A DNA stretch of 64,000 nt from Pseudomonadota bacterium (GTDB lineage: Bacteria > Desulfobacterota > Binatia > Binatales > Binataceae): NCBI GenBank assembly GCA_021323675.1, contig JAJPKP010000087.1, positions 10,654-74,653 on the forward strand. Direction: 5' to 3'. The notes beneath the pieces are model-generated. The model was not told where the DNA came from and did no database searches. It saw only the letters and a program-made list of their open reading frames with translations. Positions 29,352-38,242 of the stretch are shown here, one piece after another. Made by a program: the position numbers and the translations under genes. Every line of letters starts with the position of its first letter. Positions within the stretch are counted from its first letter, which is position 1.

Positions 29352-31430
29352 GTGGTGCGGTTTAGGCCTGCCGGTTTCCTTCTCTTTCTGACTTTTGCGG
29401 CGCTTGTGTTCGCCGCGCCGGCACTCGCCGACGATATCGCAATCGTCTCACCCCTGGGAAACGCCCTGGTCTCCGGCAAGGTCAAGGTTGTCTCTCGCGG
29501 AAAGCCGCCGAACTCCACCCGTGTGAGCTTCTATGTCGACGGCCACGAGTTCGCCACGGCGCCGGCCCGAAAACATCTCGCGAGGAAATGGGATTCCGGG
29601 ACCGTGGCTGCCGGTCTCCATTCGTTGAGCGCCATCGCGTTCGATTCAGCGGACCAGGTCACCGGCAGTTCGCAGGAAAACGTATTCGTCGGGACCGGGG
29701 TGGTTATTTCCTCACCGGCAAATGACGCGACCGTTTCGGGATCGTTCAACGTGATTTGCCAGGTGGCGTCGGGGGCTCGATCGGCGATTCTCTACATCGA
29801 TGGAACCAAACGCGCGGAGGGACCGCCATATGTCTTTGCTCTCTCCGCCGAAACGATCGGAAACGGTTCGCATACGATCACGGTTGAGGCGATCGGGCGA
29901 AACCATACCAGCATGGGATCGGCTTCCATCAGGGTCAACGTGACGCAGCCGGCGCCAACGCCGACTTCAGCTCCCACTTCGAAGGCAACCCGGACACCCA
30001 TTGCGATTTCGACGGCAAGTCCGCTACCCCATCCGCCGCCTTCCTTGACTCAGACTCCGGTTCCCGGAGCGCACGCCTACTATGTCGATCCTTCCGGCAG
30101 CGACGCCGCCGCCGGAACGTCGCCATCCACTGCCTGGCGTACCCTGTCCCGCGTAAACTCGGCATCCCTGGTTCCGGGCGACGTCGTATACCTCAAACGC
30201 GGCGGCTTCTGGCGCGAGGCATTGATTCCGAGCGCCAGCGGCACATCCGGCGCGCCGATCGTTTTCACCGCGTTCGGAACGGGCAACCTTCCGATTATTT
30301 CCGGCGCGGATGCCGTCAAAACATGGACCAACTATGCAGGCGCCATCTTCCGGGCCGCACTCGGCACCTCGCCGGCCAACGTCTATGTTGACCGCGCCTC
30401 CGGTTGGGGCCTTCTCCATGCGGGGTCGCCATCCGCGATGCCGGCGGGATCATGGTATTGGTCAAATGGATTTCTTTATGTGCGCCTTTCTGACGGTTCC
30501 GATCTCAATACTCACTTCATCGAAGCCGCGGTGCGTCGGGAAGGCGTGTACGCTACTAATCGAAGTTACATAACGATTGATCATCTGGCGGTCGAACGAA
30601 CGGCGGGATGGGGTATCGAATTAATGTCCGAGAGCAACCAGAGCCAGACCACAGGCGTCATCGTTAGCAACAATCTTGTTACGCAGAATGGAACCGGTGA
30701 GGTGGATACGGGCGGCTATTTCAACGCAATCTACATCAATCGCGCGGTCTCGCCGGTGGTAGAGGGCAACACGGTAAGCTATGCAGGCGGACATAACGGA
30801 ATAAATGTTCAGTATGCGACCAACGGCAAGATTCTTGACAACAACGTCAGGCACTTCAACCACAGCGGCATCGACGTCAAATGGTGCGATCGGATGCTGA
30901 TCGCGGGCAATGCCGTTCACGATTCCAGGCATGTGTCGATCTATTCGCAGAGTTCTTCCAATATCACCATCGAGGATAACATCGTCTTCAACATCACCGG
31001 CACCGCTTGTGGCAGCGCGGATGGTATCCATGTCGAGAGAATGGCGGGCGGCCAGAACGTGATCTTCAACAATTCCATCTACAACGCCTACTGCGGAATC
31101 TATCTCCTCTCACCGGCTGCGGTGATGAACAATGCCCTGAATGCGATCGGCTCCGGTTACGGGCTAAGGGCGGTCTCCGGCGGCACCTACGACTACAACG
31201 ATCTGGGCCAGAACGCGTGGGTCGAGCTGGACAGCAAGCAGTATCGTTTCTCAGCCTGGCGGGCGTTGGGCGGTCATTCGCACGACATCGCGGCGGATCC
31301 GATGTGGACCGCACCTGCCACCGGCGACATGTCCCTCCGATCGGGCTCACCCTGCATCCACGCCGGAACCGACGTCGGTCTCCCATACGCAGGCCCCGCC
31401 CCCGATATGGGCGCAGTGGACTCGCAATAG
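29352..31430 (+). CDS. Secreted protein: two Ig-like repeats, Pro/Thr linker, parallel beta-helix domain
   Basis: Signal peptide is FLLFLTFAALVFAAPALA. Two similar ~90-aa repeats are present (SPLGNALVSGKVKVV.. and SSPANDATVSGSFNVI..). A linker PAPTPTSAPTSKATRTP follows. The beta-helix region aligns by eye with 24179-25369, for example PGDVVYLKRGGFWRE vs PGDVVYLERGSLWRE and VEGNTVSYAGGHNGINVQ vs VEGNRVSYAGGHNAINVQ. Confidence 0.75.
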   Translation: MVRFRPAGFLLFLTFAALVFAAPALADDIAIVSPLGNALVSGKVKVVSRGKPPNSTRVSFYVDGHEFATAPARKHLARKWDSGTVAAGLHSLSAIAFDSADQVTGSSQENVFVGTGVVISSPANDATVSGSFNVICQVASGARSAILYIDGTKRAEGPPYVFALSAETIGNGSHTITVEAIGRNHTSMGSASIRVNVTQPAPTPTSAPTSKATRTPIAISTASPLPHPPPSLTQTPVPGAHAYYVDPSGSDAAAGTSPSTAWRTLSRVNSASLVPGDVVYLKRGGFWREALIPSASGTSGAPIVFTAFGTGNLPIISGADAVKTWTNYAGAIFRAALGTSPANVYVDRASGWGLLHAGSPSAMPAGSWYWSNGFLYVRLSDGSDLNTHFIEAAVRREGVYATNRSYITIDHLAVERTAGWGIELMSESNQSQTTGVIVSNNLVTQNGTGEVDTGGYFNAIYINRAVSPVVEGNTVSYAGGHNGINVQYATNGKILDNNVRHFNHSGIDVKWCDRMLIAGNAVHDSRHVSIYSQSSSNITIEDNIVFNITGTACGSADGIHVERMAGGQNVIFNNSIYNAYCGIYLLSPAAVMNNALNAIGSGYGLRAVSGGTYDYNDLGQNAWVELDSKQYRFSAWRALGGHSHDIAADPMWTAPATGDMSLRSGSPCIHAGTDVGLPYAGPAPDMGAVDSQ

Positions 31431-31512
31431 GCGCGTTCAGTCCCTCGATCGTTCGATTTTGCCATTCACCGGCCGCCCGATGAGGGGTGCACACGGAGAG
31501 AGATCGCCACGT

Positions 31513-32253
31513 TCATCGACGCGCGGACGAGTCGAATTGGTTGCCTGCGCTCGCGAACCGGTCCACACGATGGAACCAGGCATGCCAGGTTCCCCACGTC
31601 GTGGTGTTTCCGATGCTCATAATCATTCGCGACCGAAGGAGAAGACGATCCGGAGCCGGGAGGGTGATGATCGAGTCGACTACTCCCGGTTCATCGGTGC
31701 GGACCGGTATCGAGTACATCCAATGAGTCGTGTCGATAGTTACGAGCGTGGTCCGTGCGTGAATCATGACAGGCGTTACCGAGTAGACATCGGTCCGGAT
31801 GCCGCGCGCCTCGTACGTGCTGTAGGCGAGACCAAAATGAACAAGAAGATCGAGAACGTGCGCTTTCGGAGTAACCTTGATCTCGGCTTGCGGGACTTCG
31901 ATCGAGTGGCCGTCGAAGCAGAAGGTGATTTTGCCTGGAGATCCGATGTTCACGATACCCGCGCTGTTCGAAACCGAATCGAAATCCGCAGGCTCCCCTT
32001 GCCAGCATCCAAGAAACCCGGCCGGAATTTCAGGCGATTCGATCGCGGGCGGTGCCGGCGCGAGTTCGGGCCGCGGCATCGGCGGAAGCACAAGGGTGTC
32101 TTCGGACTCGGGAGGAGCGACGGTTGTGGACGGCACGCCCTGCGGAAGAGCGCTGGGCAGCTCATCGCTAGCCACGGGCGCGGCTTCCAGCGCCAACCAC
32201 AAGCACACCAGCGTCGCCGCCCACATGCTTTTCAATCTGCGCTTTCGAGCCAC
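31513..32253 (-). CDS. Secreted protein of unknown function
   Basis: 246-aa ORF with a signal peptide (MWAATLVCLWLALEAAPVAS) followed by a Pro-rich segment. The opposite-strand 318-aa ORF is Arg-rich and looks like a shadow. Confidence 0.5.
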   Translation of the reverse strand: MARKRRLKSMWAATLVCLWLALEAAPVASDELPSALPQGVPSTTVAPPESEDTLVLPPMPRPELAPAPPAIESPEIPAGFLGCWQGEPADFDSVSNSAGIVNIGSPGKITFCFDGHSIEVPQAEIKVTPKAHVLDLLVHFGLAYSTYEARGIRTDVYSVTPVMIHARTTLVTIDTTHWMYSIPVRTDEPGVVDSIITLPAPDRLLLRSRMIMSIGNTTTWGTWHAWFHRVDRFASAGNQFDSSARR

Positions 32254-32477
32254 AAATTCCTTCGATACCGCTGTCTTGTTGGGTTGCGCGGCACGCCTGT
32301 CCCTCGGCTACCACCTTCATCCCTGGTGCATCCCGTATCGCACAAAGTTTATACGCCTCGCCCCAACCTCCACCTGCCCGAAGCACGTCTCTACACCACT
32401 CCGGGCCGGGCGTGAAACTTTGGGCACATTTTGGTCACGATGCCCACTTCGAGAGTGTCGGAAACCCGAAAAAGGAC

Positions 32478-32554
32478 TGGCGCGCCCTGAGGGATTTGAA
32501 CCCCCGACCCTCTGATCCGTAGTCAGATGCTCTAATCCGCTGAGCTAAGGGCGC
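32478..32554 (-). tRNA. tRNA-Arg (anticodon ACG)
   Basis: I folded a 77-nt cloverleaf by hand. Acceptor GCGCCCT/AGGGCGC, D-arm GCTC..GAGC, anticodon stem TCTGA/TCAGA with loop CTACGGA. T-arm GGGGG TTCAAAT CCCTC, discriminator G, encoded CCA. Confidence 0.9.
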
Positions 32555-32651
32555 GCCGGAACTTTAGAGGCTTCCATATTCGCCTGTTCCTCGCAAGATG
32601 AGGGGGCATCCGCATCTTCCGTGCCCTCGCATCCGCTGAGCGCGAAGGAGT

Positions 32652-33713
32652 TCAGGCGGATGCCGTCTCGGTGGGCGGGGGCGAGGATTCCTCGCCTGGC
32701 GCCGGCTCGCCGGACTCGCGCGGCGCTCCGGCCAGCTCCGCGACCGCCGCGTGAAGCGCCGAGGTGTCCCCCTCCGCCTGCATCGAGGCCAGCAGTTTCC
32801 GCACGCGCTCCAGATGCCGTGCGTTGTCGCGATTCAGCCCACGCAGCATCGCCGCCGCGGTCGTCGGATGCCGCACGAGAAAGTCGGGGTCCGCAATCGC
32901 TTCGGCCGTGATCCGCGTAAACGCCAGGTTGTCGTGCCATCGCCCGAGCTCGTCCTGCAGCGTTTTCAGCGAACCGAGCGCGGCCGTGGCCGTCTCGGAT
33001 CCGAGATCGCGCAGCAACTCGATACGATAGCGAAGCCGCTTGGTCTGGATCCGGAACGCGTGGATGTCGGCGGGATCGACGCTGGAAGCCGCCTTGGCGA
33101 GCGACTTCCTCCAATCCTGGTAGGCAGCCGCGACTGATGCGCCAAGGGTTGCGAATGGGTCCGAATCGCGAGGCTCCGCTTCCTGCGCTCGCTGGCGGAT
33201 TAGCTGATGGCCGCGATGCGCGAGAGTGAACATCTTGCGGTTGGCGATCTTGCGCCGAGCCCGGCTCGTATGCCTTTCGAGCGCCGCGCGCGCCGACTCG
33301 AGCACCATCGTCCAGGCTTCCTTCTGGGCGGGGTTGCGAACGTTGCGCAGCTTTCGCTTCAGCATCGCGATCACCACGTCCGAGTCGCGCCATTCACCGA
33401 GCGACCTTCGCGTCCGGCGCAGCGTTTTCACCATCGCGCGCGCGTCGGGCGGAAGCGGCTCGGGAAACAGCGTGACTATCACCTGCTGAAGGCGCCGGCT
33501 CCATACGCGCAGGTCATGAACCGCCTCCGGACTGTCTTCGCTCAGAACCTTGGGCAGAAGGGTGACGCACTTGCGCAGCCGCTCGCGCATCAACTTCTCG
33601 AGCTCAGGCCATCCCCGATGCTCAGGAGCTTTGTGATGCGGCGTAGATGGATTGGCCGATGGCAAGACATTCACCGGGCGGCGGGGACGAAAGAATCCAT
33701 GAATTCCTCTCAA
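32652..33713 (-). CDS. CHAD domain protein
   Basis: Conserved-histidine alpha-helical domain motifs are present: EAVHDLRVWSRRLQ and IHAFRIQTKRLRYRIELL. The start is uncertain (TTG 33713 or ATG 33590). It lies directly downstream of phoR. Confidence 0.7.
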   Translation of the reverse strand: MRGIHGFFRPRRPVNVLPSANPSTPHHKAPEHRGWPELEKLMRERLRKCVTLLPKVLSEDSPEAVHDLRVWSRRLQQVIVTLFPEPLPPDARAMVKTLRRTRRSLGEWRDSDVVIAMLKRKLRNVRNPAQKEAWTMVLESARAALERHTSRARRKIANRKMFTLAHRGHQLIRQRAQEAEPRDSDPFATLGASVAAAYQDWRKSLAKAASSVDPADIHAFRIQTKRLRYRIELLRDLGSETATAALGSLKTLQDELGRWHDNLAFTRITAEAIADPDFLVRHPTTAAAMLRGLNRDNARHLERVRKLLASMQAEGDTSALHAAVAELAGAPRESGEPAPGEESSPPPTETASA

Positions 33714-33762
33714 TCCTACCGGCGTGTTGCGGGCTTCTCAAGGTTAAGAGCACGCGCGCGCT

Positions 33763-35166
33763 TTACTGCTGCTCTGCGGCGGGAAGCGTGACGGTCACTG
33801 TCGTTCCCACTCCGACGCGGCTTTCGATCCTGAGCGCGCCGTGATGAAGCTGAACGATGTGTTTCACGATGGCGAGACCGAGGCCGGTGCCGCCGAGCTC
33901 CCGCGATCGCGCGCGGTCAACGCGGTAGAAGCGTTCCGTCAGCCGCGGTATGTCGCGTTCCGGGATGCCCTCCCCCGTGTCGGCCACCACCAGCGCGACG
34001 GCGGGCGCCGACTTGCCGCCCGCACCGTTCAGGGCGCCAGGCTTCGCCGACGCGGTGACATGGCCGCCGCGGGGCGTGTATTTGATCGCGTTGTCGAGCA
34101 GATTGACCATCACCTGATGCAGCCGGTCATGGTCGCCGACCAGCTTTGGCAGTCCCTCGGCACATTGCACTTCGAGTTGGACGCCTTCGCGCGCGGCGGC
34201 CACCTTCATCAATTCCGCCGCCTCGCCGATGACGCTGGCGGGCTCGAGGTTTTCAAAGTTGAGCGGCGTGTTGCCCCGCTCGAGATCGGAGAGCGAGATG
34301 AGGTCATCGAGCAGCCGGGCCAGGCGGCGCGCCTGGCGATCGATGATGCCAAGGAAGCGGTTTTGCGTTTCCCGGTCCTCGACGCCCTGCATCAGGGTCT
34401 CGGCGTAGCCGTAGAGCGCGGCAAGCGGCGTGCGCAATTCATGGGTGAGGTTGGATATGAAATCCGCACGCACCGTCTCGTACGCCTTGAGTTGGGTCAC
34501 GTCGTGAAAGACCAGCACCCACGCGGCGTCATGCGACATCCGCACGGGAGCGGCGCTCGCGGCGAGGTAACGCTGCGCGGGGTTCTGGATCATGAATTCC
34601 CGCGAGACGACCTCGGTCGCCGATCGCATCGCATGCCCGACGAAATCCTGAAGAAGCGGATCGCGGCACAACTCGACGAAGTCGCGCCCCGCGTAGTCGG
34701 TTTCGGGATCGAGCGCGAACATGCGCCGCGCCGCGCCGTTCAGAAGCACCACGCCGCGATGACTGCCGATCACCACCACCGCTTCGGTCATGCTGCGCAG
34801 GATGGTTTCGAATTCGTCGCGCTGGTCGGTCAGGGATTCGACTTCGGAGACGACGGAATCGGCGGCATCGAGCAGGCGCTGCTCGGCGCGCGCGATCGCG
34901 TCGCGGCTTTGGGGAAGGAGATGCGGCGGGGGCTGGCGGGCTTCGAGCGCTTCGGCAATCGCGTCGATGCGTTCGGCGTGCCGGCGCCAATCGACCGCCA
35001 CACCCGATCCAGCGAGAACGCCGGCGGCTAATCCGGCCGCGGTGACCGCCACCACCAGCCAGGGGGAGACGGAGCCGCCAGCCGCAAGGACCGCGAGCAA
35101 GGCGGCCTCAGGAATCAGGCCCGCAATTACCGCAACGATTACACGCCGCCAGGACGAGTTAGCCAA
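33763..35166 (-). CDS. phoR: Phosphate regulon sensor histidine kinase
   Basis: It has N-terminal transmembrane helices and a PAS-like segment. H-box is HELRTPLAALYGYAETL; N, G1 and G2 boxes are seen (DNAIKYTP, DTGEGI, GTGLGLAIVKHIV). Its position after phoU-phoB supports the PhoR call. Confidence 0.8.
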   Translation of the reverse strand: MANSSWRRVIVAVIAGLIPEAALLAVLAAGGSVSPWLVVAVTAAGLAAGVLAGSGVAVDWRRHAERIDAIAEALEARQPPPHLLPQSRDAIARAEQRLLDAADSVVSEVESLTDQRDEFETILRSMTEAVVVIGSHRGVVLLNGAARRMFALDPETDYAGRDFVELCRDPLLQDFVGHAMRSATEVVSREFMIQNPAQRYLAASAAPVRMSHDAAWVLVFHDVTQLKAYETVRADFISNLTHELRTPLAALYGYAETLMQGVEDRETQNRFLGIIDRQARRLARLLDDLISLSDLERGNTPLNFENLEPASVIGEAAELMKVAAAREGVQLEVQCAEGLPKLVGDHDRLHQVMVNLLDNAIKYTPRGGHVTASAKPGALNGAGGKSAPAVALVVADTGEGIPERDIPRLTERFYRVDRARSRELGGTGLGLAIVKHIVQLHHGALRIESRVGVGTTVTVTLPAAEQQ

Positions 35167-35905
35167 GCGCCTCCGGATTGAACCGGTAACCGACGCTGCG
35201 AACCGTCAGAATAAGCTCGGGGTTCGCATCGTCGCGTTCGATGTGCTGGCGCAAGCGCCGCACGTGAACATCGACCGTTCGCGGTTCAACGAACGTGTCG
35301 CGTCCCCAAACCATATCGAGCAGTTGCTCGCGCGTATAGACGCGCATCGGGTGCTGAACAAAAAATTTGAGCAGCTCGAATTCCCGGAGCGCGAGTTCCC
35401 GGCGCTTTCCTTCGACAAAGACCTGATAGGTGCCGAAATCTATTCGGAGCCGTCCCCGTTCGTATACCCCGGCGGCGTCGGTTTCGGCATTGGGATTGGC
35501 GCGGCGCAGCAGCGCTTTGACGCGGGCGACGACCTCGCGGGGGCTGAAGGGCTTGACGACGTAATCATCGGCGCCCATTTCCAGCCCGAGCACCTTGTCG
35601 ACTTCGGTGCCCTTGGCGGTAACCACGAGGATGGGCAGGTTGGCGGTATCGCGCCCGGCGCGCATCTGGCGGCAGATTTCGAGACCCGGAGTGCCGGGCA
35701 GCATCAGATCGAGCAGGAGCAGGTCAGGCACCCGCCGGCGAATCTTCTCGAGCGCCTGGGCGCCGTCACCCGCCTCTTCGACCACGAAGCCTTCGCGCTC
35801 GAGGTTGTAGCGCATCAGCTCCCGGATATCCGCCTCGTCCTCCACGATCAGCACGCGCTGGCGCGTGCCGCCGCGGCGCTCTTCCATTACGGTTTGAGGG
35901 TTCAT
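35159..35905 (-). CDS. phoB: Phosphate regulon response regulator (OmpR family)
   Basis: Receiver domain (RVLIVEDE, LLLLDLMLPG) and winged-helix output (LTVRSVGYRF) are present. Its ATGA overlaps the phoU stop, and it overlaps phoR by 8 nt. Confidence 0.8.
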   Translation of the reverse strand: MNPQTVMEERRGGTRQRVLIVEDEADIRELMRYNLEREGFVVEEAGDGAQALEKIRRRVPDLLLLDLMLPGTPGLEICRQMRAGRDTANLPILVVTAKGTEVDKVLGLEMGADDYVVKPFSPREVVARVKALLRRANPNAETDAAGVYERGRLRIDFGTYQVFVEGKRRELALREFELLKFFVQHPMRVYTREQLLDMVWGRDTFVEPRTVDVHVRRLRQHIERDDANPELILTVRSVGYRFNPEALG

Positions 35906-36591
35906 TGTTGCTTCTTGTCCATGTGGCGAACGACTTTACCCTTGACCATGAAGATCACCATCTCAGCGATGTTCGTGGCGTGATCGGCGATTCGTTCGAT
36001 GTACTTGGAGACGAACAGCAGCCGCGTTGCCGCGCCGATAGTATGGGGGTCCTCGGCCATGTAGCTCAGCAGCTCGCGGTAGATCTGGTAGTTGAGCGCG
36101 TCGACCTCGTCGTCGCGATCGATGACGTGGCGGGCGAGATCGTCGTCGTTGCGCATAAAGGCGTCGATGGAATCCTTGACCATCGATTGCGCAATCTCCG
36201 CCATCCGCGGCAAATCCACATACGGCTTGAGCTGGGGAACTTCATTCAATTCCAGCGCGCGTTCGCAGATATTGACCGCGTTATCGCCGATTCGTTCGAG
36301 GTCGGTGGTGATCTTGAGTCCCGTGGTGATGAAGCGCAGATCGCTCGCGGTCGGCTGATGCAGGGCGAGAAGCCGGATGCACTGTTCGTCATTCGCGACG
36401 TCCATGTGGTTGACTTCTTCGTCGCGGGCGATGACCTCGCGCGCGTGCGCGCTGTCGCGATCGACCAGCGCCTCCATCGCCTCGGCGATTTGCCGTTCCA
36501 CGAGACCGCCCATCTTGAGCAGGCCGGCGCGCAGGCCGCGCAGATCTTCCTCATATTGCCGATTCGTATGCTGCGGCTGCGTGGTATCCAT
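35902..36591 (-). CDS. phoU: Phosphate signalling complex protein PhoU
   Basis: ATG at 36591 (MDTTQPQHTNRQYEEDL..) is preceded by GGAGGAG. Two PhoU repeats carry E/D-x-x-x-D motifs (ERIGDNAVNI, ERIADHATNI). 229 aa. The track start at 36969 is an extension. Confidence 0.85.
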   Translation of the reverse strand: MDTTQPQHTNRQYEEDLRGLRAGLLKMGGLVERQIAEAMEALVDRDSAHAREVIARDEEVNHMDVANDEQCIRLLALHQPTASDLRFITTGLKITTDLERIGDNAVNICERALELNEVPQLKPYVDLPRMAEIAQSMVKDSIDAFMRNDDDLARHVIDRDDEVDALNYQIYRELLSYMAEDPHTIGAATRLLFVSKYIERIADHATNIAEMVIFMVKGKVVRHMDKKQQ

Positions 36592-36611
36592 CGGTGTCTC
36601 CTCCGGCGGCC

Positions 36612-37373
36612 TCATCCGAAGCGGCCGGTAATATAATCTTCCGTCTCTCGGCGCTTGGGATTGGTAAAGATCTGGTTGGTTTCGCCGAACTCGATCAGAT
36701 CGCCCTGGTAGAGAAACGCCGTGTAGTCGGACGTTCGAGCGGCCTGCTGCATATTGTGAGTCACTATCACGATTGTGTAGTTGGACTTCAGTTCGAGCAA
36801 TAGCTCCTCGATGCGGGCGGTCGAGATCGGGTCCAGCGCCGAGCACGGCTCGTCCATCAGCAGCACTTCGGGCTCGACCGCCAGCGCCCGGGCAACGCAA
36901 AGGCGCTGCTGCTGTCCGCCGGAGAGGCTGCCGCCGGGACGCCGCAGATGGTCCTTTACCTCGTCCCACAGAGCGGCCTGGCGCAGGCTCTTCTCCACGA
37001 TTCGGTTGCGTTCGGCCCGGCTGATTCCGGCCGAGTTCAGGGTCAGCCCGGCCGCGACATTGTCCTCGATCGACATGGTCGGGAACGGAGTTGGCTTCTG
37101 GAAAACCATCCCGATTCGCCGCCGCACCTGCACGGGATCCACGGCCGAATCGTAGATATTCTCGCCATCGAGCAGAACTTCGCCGTCGGCGTGCGCTCCC
37201 GGAACGACTTCATGCATGCGATTCAGGCATCGCACCATCGTCGACTTGCCGCATCCTGAGGGGCCGATAATCGCCGTGACCTTGCCCTCGGGAAACGTCA
37301 GGTTGATGTCTTTGACCGCGCGGGTCTGGTTGAAGTACGCGTTCAGATGCCGTGTAACGAGCTTATCGGCCAT
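36612..37373 (-). CDS. pstB: Phosphate ABC transporter ATP-binding protein
   Basis: ATG at 37373 ([14 protein letters not shown]..). Walker A is GPSGCGKST, signature LSGGQQQRL, Walker B LLMDEP. The C-terminal YITGRFG is typical of PstB. 253 aa. Confidence 0.9.
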   Translation of the reverse strand: MADKLVTRHLNAYFNQTRAVKDINLTFPEGKVTAIIGPSGCGKSTMVRCLNRMHEVVPGAHADGEVLLDGENIYDSAVDPVQVRRRIGMVFQKPTPFPTMSIEDNVAAGLTLNSAGISRAERNRIVEKSLRQAALWDEVKDHLRRPGGSLSGGQQQRLCVARALAVEPEVLLMDEPCSALDPISTARIEELLLELKSNYTIVIVTHNMQQAARTSDYTAFLYQGDLIEFGETNQIFTNPKRRETEDYITGRFG

Positions 37374-37375
37374 AT

Positions 37376-38242
37376 TTACCGTGCCGCCTTGGCAGGCGCT
37401 CGCGTTACCCATCGGACGCCGAGTTCGAGTGCCAGTACAATCACCGTTAATACCAAAGCTCCCGCCCACGCCTGGCGTTGCCAGTCGGGGAAAGGTGAAA
37501 TCGCGTATGTATAGACCTGAACCGTAAGGGTCGCAATCGGTTGAACCAGCGAGGTTGACCAGAACCTGTTCCCGAAGGCGGTGAACAGGAGCGGCGCGGT
37601 CTCGCCGGCTATCCTGGCGATTGCGAGGATGACGCCGGTTGCGATACCGCTGAGCGCGGTGCGAACAATTACCGAGAGCGACGTCTTCCATTGCGGCACT
37701 CCCAGCGCCAGCGCCGCCTCCCGAAGTTCATGAGGCACCAGGATTATCATCTCTTCCGTGGTTCGGGTGACCAGCGGGATCATGATAATCGCCAGCGCAA
37801 CCGACCCCGCCAGCGTCGAAAACCGGCCCATCGGATGCACCAGCACGGCGTAGGCGAAGATGCCGACCACAATCGACGGCACCCCCATCATGACGTCGGC
37901 ACAGAATCGCACGGTGTCGGCAAACCGCCCAAGGCGATGCTCCGCCAGAAAGAGGCCCGCTCCGATTCCTATTGGCACCCCGATCAGGCAGGCGATACCG
38001 ACGACCTCGAAGGTTCCGACGATAGCATTGGCCATCCCGCCGCCCTTCTCGCCGACCGGGGTGGGCATGTGGGTGAAGAAGGCCCAGTTCAAGCTGGTCG
38101 CCCCCTTGAACACCAGGTAGCCAAGCACGAGGAAGAGAGGAATCAAGGTGACGATGGTCGCGGCAACCGTGACCGCCATCATAAAGTCGCTCTTGAACTT
38201 CCTGAACGCGTGGCTGCTTTCTTTGTAAACGGTACCGGCCAT
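37376..38242 (-). CDS. pstA: Phosphate ABC transporter permease PstA
   Basis: ATG at 38242 (MAGTVYKES..). The permease has an EAA-like loop ([14 protein letters not shown]). 288 aa. Its start overlaps the pstC stop by 1 nt. Confidence 0.85.
   Translation of the reverse strand: MAGTVYKESSHAFRKFKSDFMMAVTVAATIVTLIPLFLVLGYLVFKGATSLNWAFFTHMPTPVGEKGGGMANAIVGTFEVVGIACLIGVPIGIGAGLFLAEHRLGRFADTVRFCADVMMGVPSIVVGIFAYAVLVHPMGRFSTLAGSVALAIIMIPLVTRTTEEMIILVPHELREAALALGVPQWKTSLSVIVRTALSGIATGVILAIARIAGETAPLLFTAFGNRFWSTSLVQPIATLTVQVYTYAISPFPDWQRQAWAGALVLTVIVLALELGVRWVTRAPAKAAR

Noticed and set aside
24179-32554. Calling the glycan cluster a bona fide integrative genomic island or mobile element.
   Set aside because: No integrase, transposase or direct repeat of the tRNA 3-prime end was found by eye. 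Only tRNA adjacency and an apparent compositional shift support it, so I kept it as a hypothesis in the findings rather than a mobile_element feature.
33841-35983. Two ~396-aa plus-strand ORFs opposite phoR and phoB.
   Set aside because: These are antisense shadows. The minus-strand frames carry complete histidine-kinase and response-regulator motifs.
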